64,000 nt of DNA, from NCBI GenBank assembly GCA_035453125.1, contig DAOTCN010000002.1, positions 289,993 to 353,992 on the forward strand. Direction: 5' to 3'. This document shows, piece after piece, positions 36,123 through 43,413 of the stretch (its first letter is position 1; each line of letters begins with the position of its first letter). A program made the translations under genes and the position numbers. The notes beneath the pieces are model-generated. The model worked only from the letters and a program-made list of their open reading frames with translations. It ran no database searches and was not told where the DNA came from. This DNA is from Minisyncoccota bacterium. Its GTDB lineage: Archaea > Nanobdellota > Nanobdellia > Pacearchaeales > GW2011-AR1.

Positions 36123-36461
36123 TTATTTTTTTCTTTTAAGTCTAAGCTTTCTTCTAATGTCTTCTTCTTTTTCAAGATTTGCTCTATAACCCCTAATAGG
36201 TTTAGTATCATAACTTGTTGGATGAGGATAATTACTTATTCTAACTTCTTGAACTAATTGAGTATCAACCCAATTTTCAATTAATTCATAAACCTCGTTA
36301 GAAGAGTAAATACATCCAAAACACTTATCTCTAGGAGTTCCAGCCGATATAGCTGAAGGATGATAATAAATCTCTGGATTTTCTTTAGTTAAATCATATA
36401 CGGTTCTTAGTATTGCAATCCTTGCTTCTCTAAATACTGTACCATTATGTTTTCTTTTCAT
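36123..36461 (-). CDS. Hypothetical protein (112 aa) with a basic C-terminal tail
   Basis: ATG 36459-36461 lies 1 nt after the upstream stop. The track's TTG start at 36482 was rejected. Confidence 0.4.
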   Translation of the reverse strand: MKRKHNGTVFREARIAILRTVYDLTKENPEIYYHPSAISAGTPRDKCFGCIYSSNEVYELIENWVDTQLVQEVRISNYPHPTSYDTKPIRGYRANLEKEEDIRRKLRLKRKK

Positions 36462-36462
36462 T

Positions 36463-36807
36463 TTAATGCTCTCCAAATTCAACTTTTATTGGAGGAGTTA
36501 TTCTATATAAAACTACTTCGGATGGGTCTGTAATCGGAAATAGCTGAGCCTGTTCCATTGCCCTAAATTTGTCCCATTGTTCTGAACTCCAGTGAGGATA
36601 AGCTCTATATTCTAAAATAGTTGATTTAGGTGTTTGATGTACATTTAATAAGTGAAAGTTTGGTGTATCTTTTAAATAATATTCTTTGAGGTCATCAAGT
36701 CCACACTTTGTGACAGATTTCCATCTAGTTAAACATCTAGGTAGGATGCCCTCTCTTTTTGATTCAACCATATAAGGCATAGTTTGAATGTCTGTTATTC
36801 TTTCCAT
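36463..36807 (-). CDS. Hypothetical protein (114 aa)
   Basis: ORF only; first gene of the minus-strand pair. Confidence 0.4.
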   Translation of the reverse strand: MERITDIQTMPYMVESKREGILPRCLTRWKSVTKCGLDDLKEYYLKDTPNFHLLNVHQTPKSTILEYRAYPHWSSEQWDKFRAMEQAQLFPITDPSEVVLYRITPPIKVEFGEH

Positions 36808-36906
36808 TTTAATCTTGTTCTTTACATTTATAGCTGTTATTTTGTATATACCTCGCTTTTTAAGCTTTTCTATTTATTGTAACTTAGAAGTAGTTAACTT
36901 ATAATA

Positions 36907-36972
36907 CTTTTTACCACACGAGGAAATTGTCTATAAGTTAAACCTAAGGTTTAACTAACGGTCCGGGCGTTC
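36907..36972 (+). repeat. Left copy of a long direct repeat (ctttttaccaca..aggaaattgt..gttaaacc-taa-ggtttaac-taa + att core cggtccgggcgttc)
   Basis: Aligns with 38540-38627. Contains an 8-bp-stem hairpin and a 14/14 match to 18030-18043. Confidence 0.8.
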
Positions 36973-37150
36973 TTGATATTGAACTTGGTGAAATATCAAT
37001 ATATTCTGGATTTTTGATTTGAACGAGGAGAGTTCAAATACTTCAATTCATTGTTTTTAGAATTAAAGTTACCAAAAATCTGCAGGATTTTTTAGTACTC
37101 AGTCCGGGCGTATTACCCTCTACTTTTTAAATAGTAAATGTAAAGGGTAA
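36973..37150. repeat. Cluster of hairpins and further tRNA-Asp 3'-end fragments
   Basis: ttgatatt/aatatcaa (36973-36999). atttgaac/gttcaaat (37017-37039), which includes gagttcaaat = 18018-18027. gtccgggcgt at 37102-37111 = 18032-18041. ttaccct/agggtaa (37113-37150). Confidence 0.65.
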
Positions 37151-37165
37151 GATTTATAAAGATGT

Positions 37166-37197
37166 ATAAATTATACAGAATTAGGATAAATTATACA
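37166..37197 (+). promoter_or_regulatory. Candidate operator: 12-bp direct repeat ataaattataca x2, 20 bp apart, upstream of the AbiEi-like gene
   Basis: 37166-37177 and 37186-37197 are identical; the second ends 17 nt before the ATG at 37215. Confidence 0.35.
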
Positions 37198-37214
37198 CTA
37201 TTTTATAGGTAAAT

Positions 37215-37760
37215 ATGAAAAAAGCAAAAAAAACACAAATAGCTAAAAGGATAAGAAAATTTAAAGGAATTTCTCCTGCTGAAGTAGAAGTAATCTCTTG
37301 GCTTGAATTTTATCAAAAATATTTCTTTACTTCTGAAGATATAATGCAGTTCTTTAGCAGTAAAAATACTCTTTATAGAGGGATACAAAAAATGCTGGCA
37401 AAAAAAAGAATAATTAAACTTAATCAAAATAAATATTATCTTATCCCAATAAAAGCTAAGTCTGGTGGTTGGGTAGAAGAGGATTTTATAGTTATAGATG
37501 AAGTATGCAATTCAGAAGAATACTATATTGGGGGTTGGGCAGCAGTTAATTATTGGAGATTTACAGATCAAATACCTTTTTGGTGTGATGTTTATACAAC
37601 AAATAAACGAGGTAGAAGAAAAATATTAAATGTAGGGATTATATTCCATCAAGTTAGAAAAATTGATAAATCCAAATATGTTATAGAAAAAATTAAGGGG
37701 CATGAATTTAAAATACTGAATAAGAGGGAATCAAAAAAATGGATGAAATCAAGGCAATAA
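37215..37760 (+). CDS. AbiEi-like antitoxin / wHTH transcriptional regulator (type IV TA)
   Basis: N-terminal wHTH-like region. It sits immediately upstream of the AbiEii-like nucleotidyltransferase and overlaps it by 22 nt. Confidence 0.6.
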   Translation: MKKAKKTQIAKRIRKFKGISPAEVEVISWLEFYQKYFFTSEDIMQFFSSKNTLYRGIQKMLAKKRIIKLNQNKYYLIPIKAKSGGWVEEDFIVIDEVCNSEEYYIGGWAAVNYWRFTDQIPFWCDVYTTNKRGRRKILNVGIIFHQVRKIDKSKYVIEKIKGHEFKILNKRESKKWMKSRQ

Positions 37761-38518
37761 GCGAATTAGACTTTAATGATATTGTTGCAAGAACAGGATT
37801 TAATAAAGATAAATTAAGAAAGGATTATTATCTTACTTTAATTTTATACTTGATTAGAGATATAGATAGCATTTATTTTAAAGGTGGAACTGCTTTAAAT
37901 AAAATATTCTTGAATTATGCAAGATTATCTGAGGATTTGGACTTTTCCTTAACAAGAAATGAAAAAGAAATAAAACATGAAATATCAAATATTTTAACTG
38001 ATTTACCCTTTGTTAAAGATATTACAGAAGGTAAAAATGTAGATGGTTTCTTAAGAATGATAATAAAATGTAAGTCTGAAATAGGAGAAAGTGAAATATT
38101 TATAGATTTAAATCAAAGAGCTAAGCTTCTACGAAAACCAGAAAGTTATGAAATTAAACATTTTTATGAACCATTTATACCAAAATTTTCCATAAAAACT
38201 ATTGCAAAAGAAGAGCTAATTGCTGAAAAGGTTGCAGCCACAATAAGAAGAAATAAACCAAGAGACCATTATGATGTTTACAAAATTATTCATCAAAGTA
38301 TTTCAATAAATCTAGAACTTGTAAAAAAGAAATGTCATGAATCAGGAGATGACTTTTCAATTCTTAAAATGTTCAATAAAGCAAAAATGCTGAAGAATAG
38401 ATGGGATAAAGATATTACCTCACTTATTGCAGAACCAGTTTCATTTAAAGAAGTCATGCAATTATTAGCAAAACACTTTAAATTAAACGAAGAGAAAGAA
38501 AAGAGTAAAAATAAGTAA
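37739..38518 (+). CDS. AbiEii/AbiGii-family nucleotidyltransferase toxin (DUF1814)
   Basis: Family signature FKGGTALNKIFLNYARLSEDLDFS. The size (259 aa) and gene pairing fit this family. Confidence 0.8.
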   Translation: MDEIKAISELDFNDIVARTGFNKDKLRKDYYLTLILYLIRDIDSIYFKGGTALNKIFLNYARLSEDLDFSLTRNEKEIKHEISNILTDLPFVKDITEGKNVDGFLRMIIKCKSEIGESEIFIDLNQRAKLLRKPESYEIKHFYEPFIPKFSIKTIAKEELIAEKVAATIRRNKPRDHYDVYKIIHQSISINLELVKKKCHESGDDFSILKMFNKAKMLKNRWDKDITSLIAEPVSFKEVMQLLAKHFKLNEEKEKSKNK

Positions 38519-38539
38519 TATTTCAGTTATTCATTAATG

Positions 38540-38627
38540 CTTTTTACCACAACATTTGTTATATTCTGGAGCTTTAGGAAATTGTATCAAAGTTAAACCT
38601 AAGGTTTAACTAATAATCCTGGCATTC
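38540..38627 (+). repeat. Right copy of the long direct repeat (with a ~22-bp insertion and a degenerate att core taatcctggcattc)
   Basis: Shares ctttttaccaca, aggaaattgt and gttaaacctaaggtttaactaa with 36907-36972. The att core is 9/14. Confidence 0.75.
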
Positions 38628-38739
38628 ATCCTAGAGATGAACTTATTTACATAAACCTAATAGTTTAAAAGATAAATATTGCATTTTTACTTTTACTAGA
38701 ATTTCTGAGAGTATTCATTAAATCAACTAATTTTTAGAA

Positions 38740-39843
38740 TTAATTTTTTATAAATGTTTTATTTTTTGTTTCAGTTATTGAATTTATTTTATCAAGAATC
38801 TGAGGGTTTAGATAGTGGTGAATTGTTACATTGTAATTATCTTTCCATTCATTATCTTTTTTTGAAAAACGTTTGTGTCCGAGTTTTTCAGCTATTTCTG
38901 TAAAAAGTTCTTTAACTTCTTGTTTTGTTGCTTTTTTGTTTTTATGATTTTTTAGAAATTCTTCAGAAGTTTTTGTTGCATAAAATGAACGAACTATATG
39001 TGGGTAAAATTTTTCTCCACAATATTTTTCAAAAGCATTCATGAAGCTAGTATCTTTTAGAGGTTTTTTGTTTTCGTCTGTGAAAATAAAGTCAGAATTT
39101 TTTAGTGATTTTATTTTTTCATTCAATCTTTTTATGTAATCTTTTGGAAATTCTTCAGTTATCTTCATAGGAACACCGTCTTTTGCTTTGTAATCAAAAG
39201 TTACTTGATTACCTTTTATTGAAATATCGCTTTTTTTTAGTGTTGTTAAACCTTTGTGACCATCAGCTTTATAATATATTTCATTACCAACCCTCATGTA
39301 TGTTTTTAATAAAGTATACATAGGAATAGCCATTGAATCTTGTTTGTTTTTTATTGAGTTTAGAACATTTTTGTTAAGTATTGAATATTTTTTCTCAAAA
39401 TTTTCAACTTTTTTGAACTTATTTCTTATTGCTTTTTTCTTATCTTTTAAAGAATATAAATAAGCATATTTTCCATTAGGGTTCTGATATATAACATCCC
39501 AATGATTATCTGAACTTTCACTATGAACTGTTAAATTATTTGCAAAAATAGAATATGCTTTATCTAAAATATCTCCATTAGGAAGTATATTGATTCTTGC
39601 ACCTCTTATTTTTCCATCAGGCAATAAAAAACCTTTTAAGAATCTTGAATCTTTTAAATCAATTAATTGATTGAATTGATTATGTGCTTTGAATAATTTT
39701 ATAACTTCGAAAGCATTTGTAAATTTTTTATTTGATATTTTCCAAGAATTTTTTGTTTTTTCGTAAATATTAAGATCTTTTCCAATTCTAATTGTTTTTA
39801 CAGGTATTTCAAGCTGTTTTTTTGAGTTTTTTTCTTTCATCAC
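38740..39843 (-). CDS. topIB: DNA topoisomerase IB
   Basis: TopIB core blocks YMRVGNEIYYKADGHKGLTTLKK, VTFDYKAKDGVPMKI and YPHIVRSFYATKT, and a C-terminal NVTIHHYLNP carrying the candidate catalytic Tyr. Confidence 0.75.
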   Translation of the reverse strand: MMKEKNSKKQLEIPVKTIRIGKDLNIYEKTKNSWKISNKKFTNAFEVIKLFKAHNQFNQLIDLKDSRFLKGFLLPDGKIRGARINILPNGDILDKAYSIFANNLTVHSESSDNHWDVIYQNPNGKYAYLYSLKDKKKAIRNKFKKVENFEKKYSILNKNVLNSIKNKQDSMAIPMYTLLKTYMRVGNEIYYKADGHKGLTTLKKSDISIKGNQVTFDYKAKDGVPMKITEEFPKDYIKRLNEKIKSLKNSDFIFTDENKKPLKDTSFMNAFEKYCGEKFYPHIVRSFYATKTSEEFLKNHKNKKATKQEVKELFTEIAEKLGHKRFSKKDNEWKDNYNVTIHHYLNPQILDKINSITETKNKTFIKN

Positions 39844-39962
39844 TTCTATAAGCTATAATGATTCTTGGAGTATTTAAATTATAATAAATCTTAAATAAGA
39901 TAGAATATTTTTAAATATATACTTTGTTAGTAATTTAATCATATTGAAAAAGTAAGGTGAAA

Positions 39963-41042
39963 ATGGAAAAAAAGGAGAAACAAACAAAAATTTTTAGTAC
40001 AAATATTGAAAGAGCAATTGAAGAAAAAACAACTAAAGAAGAATTTTTTAATATTTTAAGGTTTGTTGCACCAGGAACTAATTTAAGGGCTGCTCTTAAT
40101 GGGATTGTTGATGCTAAAAAAGGAGCTTTGATTCTTGTTGAAAACGAGTTTACTAATGATATACTTGATGGGGGTTTTAAGATAAATTGTAAGTTTACTC
40201 CACAGAAACTAATAGAGCTTTCTAAAATGGATGGAGGAATAATTCTTTCACATGATATGAAAAGAATTGTTTATGCTAATGTTATGCTTGTTCCAGATGT
40301 TAGAATTCCAACAAAAGAAACAGGTACTAGGCATAAAGCTGCTGAAAGAAGCGCAAAAATGACTGGAACTCTTGCTATTGCTATATCTGAACGAAAGAAT
40401 CAAATTAACATTTATTATAAAGATTTAAAGTACCATCTTCATGATACAGCTGAAATTTTAAGAAGGGCTACTGAAACATTACAAATACTTGAGAAACATA
40501 GAGAATTATTTGATATTAATGTTGATAAATTAAATAAAATGGAAATTAGTAATGATCTTAGTATTAAACAAGCTGCAAAAGTAATTCAAAAAGGAAGAAC
40601 AATGCAGAAAATTTTAGAGTCACAAGAAAAAACTTTTGTTGAATTAGGAAATGAAGCTTCAACTTTAAAATTAAGAGTTAGAGAGATAATGAAAGATGTT
40701 GAAAAAGAAACTGATTTGGTGATAAGAGATTATACAATTCTTAGTTTAAAAAAATCAAAATCAATTATTGATAATATGTCTCATGAAGAGTTATTTGATT
40801 TAGACAAAATCATTACTGCTTTAGCACAAAAAAATAATGTACATCTAGATTCTTTGAAGGGCTGGAGAATATTATCTAAGACTTGTTTAAATGAAAAAGA
40901 AGTTGCAGAAGTTCTTAATTATCTTGGAAGTTTTAAAGATGTTTTAAATAGTAATCAGTCAAAATATCAAAAAATAATTGGTGAAGAGAAAGCTAAATTT
41001 TTTAATAAAGAAATTCAAACATTTTTGAATGCTCATCGTTAG
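39963..41042 (+). CDS. disA: DisA-type diadenylate cyclase (DAC domain + helical linker + C-terminal HhH-like domain)
   Basis: GALILVEN, LSKMDGGIILS, YANVMLVPDVRIPTKETGTRHKAAERSAKMTG and LAIAISERKNQINIYY are near-collinear with bacterial DisA. 360 aa. Confidence 0.8.
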   Translation: MEKKEKQTKIFSTNIERAIEEKTTKEEFFNILRFVAPGTNLRAALNGIVDAKKGALILVENEFTNDILDGGFKINCKFTPQKLIELSKMDGGIILSHDMKRIVYANVMLVPDVRIPTKETGTRHKAAERSAKMTGTLAIAISERKNQINIYYKDLKYHLHDTAEILRRATETLQILEKHRELFDINVDKLNKMEISNDLSIKQAAKVIQKGRTMQKILESQEKTFVELGNEASTLKLRVREIMKDVEKETDLVIRDYTILSLKKSKSIIDNMSHEELFDLDKIITALAQKNNVHLDSLKGWRILSKTCLNEKEVAEVLNYLGSFKDVLNSNQSKYQKIIGEEKAKFFNKEIQTFLNAHR

Positions 41043-41078
41043 AAAGAATTTATATACTTTAATAAATATATTTTATTT

Positions 41079-41663
41079 ATGATTGAAGAGAGCAATAACA
41101 TTTTAATTTTAAAGAAGAAAAATGTTTTTGTTTTAATTTTATTGTCAATTATTACTTTAGGAATTTATCCGAATATTTGGTATATAAAAAGACAATCTGA
41201 GCTTAATCAATTAAATAATGATTTTAAAATTAATCGATTTTTTGTGTCTATTCCTCTTTTATTAGTTATTTTTATACTTCTTTTAGTTTTAGTTGGTTTT
41301 CTTGCAGGATCAACAATTTGGAAAGATAGTGTTGGAAATAATTTTCCAATAGGATTTATAATATGGTTTTTTTTAATACTTTTTTTGTCTTTTATTTTTA
41401 TTCTATTTTATTTTATACTAATTCCATTTAAATTTAGAAAAGTTTTAAATTTATTATTAGTTAATAAAGGAAGTTATGTCAGATTGTCTGGTTTTTTAAC
41501 ACTTGTTTTTAATGTTTTTTATTTACAATATGAAATAAATAGAATTCTTGATTATAATGAAATGAAGAAAAGATTAGCTCCATGGATTATTTTTGTTTCT
41601 TTAATAATATTATATTTATTTTTAAGTTTTATTTTTTTCAATTCTTTAATATCTATTTTTTGA
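41079..41663 (+). CDS. Multi-pass membrane protein (DUF4234-like)
   Basis: TLGIYPNIWYIKRQSELNQLN motif and four or more TM helices. Confidence 0.45.
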   Translation: MIEESNNILILKKKNVFVLILLSIITLGIYPNIWYIKRQSELNQLNNDFKINRFFVSIPLLLVIFILLLVLVGFLAGSTIWKDSVGNNFPIGFIIWFFLILFLSFIFILFYFILIPFKFRKVLNLLLVNKGSYVRLSGFLTLVFNVFYLQYEINRILDYNEMKKRLAPWIIFVSLIILYLFLSFIFFNSLISIF

Positions 41664-41672
41664 TATTAGTTT

Positions 41673-42992
41673 TTAAATTAACTCACTTTTTTCTGTTTTA
41701 ATTGATGTAGGTGTTTCTCCACCATGCCAAGTAAACCTTGGTCTTATTCTTAAAGGATATATTCTTTCAGAATTATCATCTAGTATAATTGCTGAACCCT
41801 TTAAGCGAGGTAATTCATCAATATATTGTTTTATACTTCCAAATAAATAGGTTTGCATTATTTCATTTAATGCAGTTATGTCTGGTAAAGAGGTTAATCT
41901 GTGAGATATTACAATGTCTGATTGAGTCATTACATCTTTATGTATCTGTCCTGGTTGTTGTGTTGCTAAAACAAGAGATATTCCGGGTTGTCTTCCTTCT
42001 CTTAATATTTGTATAAGGCTGTCTGTAGCTAATGTTTGACCTTCTTTTGGTAAAAATTCGTGGGCCTCATCTATAAATATCCATACTAAAGGAACTTCTC
42101 TTGATTGATCAAATGAGAGATAGTCTATTCCATGTCTTAATGAATCAATTTCTTCTTTTTTTCTTGCATCTGTTCTTTCATTAAATATTTTTTTACAAAC
42201 AAGACCTATGACAAGTGCTCTTATATTGAATGCACCTATTGAATTATAAGTACTAAGATCAATTATAGTACTAACTCCAGGTGTTAATAAATCCTGCATT
42301 TTTGTTTCTTTTTGATTTTTATTTGCAAATATCCCCCAAGTTTTTGCACCTTCAAATAAGCTTATTAAAGCATTTTTATTGTCTTGAGTCGATGTTTTAT
42401 CTTCAAATATTCTTTTAATTATTTCGTCTATATCAAATAGCTCTTTATTTTCATTAATCGAATAAATAACTTTTTCTAATAATATAGCTATGGGATCTGT
42501 TATTTTTAAATTAAAAATTAATATCCAATCTTCAGAAGTTAATTCAGACACTTTTATCGCAAAAGGTTCATCTACAGCTACTCCTTTTTCTAAATATTCA
42601 TTAAAATAACCAAATGGTGCAAAAACTTTTATCGGTACTTTTTTAGGTTTTAGATTCCATTCTTCCAATAATCTTTTTTCTTTTTCGTTTTCGTATTTCA
42701 TTGTCCAAAAAATACCCATAGTATCAAATATAACTGGAGATATATTTTTGCTTACTTCTTCAGGTAACATTGAGATTTCTTCTGCTATTGCTCCAAGAGT
42801 ATATGATTTTCCAGAACCCCTTTTTCCTGCAACTAAAATAACATGACTTCTAGATACATCAAGATATATTGGATTTGACAAAGAAGTATATTGACCCATT
42901 TTTACATAACCTTTACCAATTTTTACTAGTCCTTTCTCACCGAACTTTTTTTTATCTGAATCATCTCTTCCAATTATTATATTATAAGGCAT
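41673..42992 (-). CDS. HerA/FtsK-like (DUF87) P-loop ATPase
   Basis: Walker A VAGKRGSGKSYTLG, Walker B WIFIDEAHEF, ATQQPGQI. N-terminal barrel-like region. Confidence 0.7.
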   Translation of the reverse strand: MPYNIIIGRDDSDKKKFGEKGLVKIGKGYVKMGQYTSLSNPIYLDVSRSHVILVAGKRGSGKSYTLGAIAEEISMLPEEVSKNISPVIFDTMGIFWTMKYENEKEKRLLEEWNLKPKKVPIKVFAPFGYFNEYLEKGVAVDEPFAIKVSELTSEDWILIFNLKITDPIAILLEKVIYSINENKELFDIDEIIKRIFEDKTSTQDNKNALISLFEGAKTWGIFANKNQKETKMQDLLTPGVSTIIDLSTYNSIGAFNIRALVIGLVCKKIFNERTDARKKEEIDSLRHGIDYLSFDQSREVPLVWIFIDEAHEFLPKEGQTLATDSLIQILREGRQPGISLVLATQQPGQIHKDVMTQSDIVISHRLTSLPDITALNEIMQTYLFGSIKQYIDELPRLKGSAIILDDNSERIYPLRIRPRFTWHGGETPTSIKTEKSELI

Positions 42993-43044
42993 GATTGTTA
43001 AAGTTGATTTGTGTATTTAACTTTTTCTAAGAAAAGTTATCAGA

Positions 43045-43332
43045 TTAATGAAAAAGTATTTTAGAAAGTTCTTTATAACATTTTAAGTATCTGGATTTAT
43101 CTTTTATATCAAGATAAACTAATGCTTCTTCAATATTTCTTTTATTTTTATCTCTAATTTCAGGATTTTTTTGATTTACTAACTTATTGATTTCTCCCAT
43201 AGCAATCTGTTCAATTACTTGAGGTTGCATATGATTATAGGCTCTTTCATTAGTTTTTTCTTCTAATAATAAAACTTTTGATTTTATTGCTGTATGTTTT
43301 AATTTGTACACTATTTCAGTTAAGCTTGTCAT
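43045..43332 (-). CDS. Hypothetical small protein upstream of the HerA-like ATPase
   Basis: ORF only; same strand, 52-nt gap. Confidence 0.35.
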   Translation of the reverse strand: MTSLTEIVYKLKHTAIKSKVLLLEEKTNERAYNHMQPQVIEQIAMGEINKLVNQKNPEIRDKNKRNIEEALVYLDIKDKSRYLKCYKELSKILFH

Positions 43333-43413
43333 ATTTTTGTTTCAATTTATTTATTTTGAAATTATGAAATTGAAAACCATAATCTTTTTAAACCCTCTTA
43401 TTCTAAAATAGAA

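Larger units (their letters stand above)
34178..36972. mobile_element. Integrase-less island / decayed integrated element between att remnants
   Basis: Bounded by attR (34157-34177) and a 14/14 copy of the att core (36959-36972). It contains a TrmB-like regulator and four orphan ORFs. Confidence 0.5.

Noticed and set aside
36973-37111. Possibility that the tRNA-like fragments (gagttcaaat..., ...ctcagtccgggcg) are a split-tRNA half gene or a tRNA-Asp pseudogene with an insertion
   Set aside because: Only T-arm and acceptor 3' fragments are present. There is no anticodon arm and no complementary leader for trans-splicing, and an intact tRNA-Asp exists at 17968-18040. Decayed att sites are the simpler explanation.
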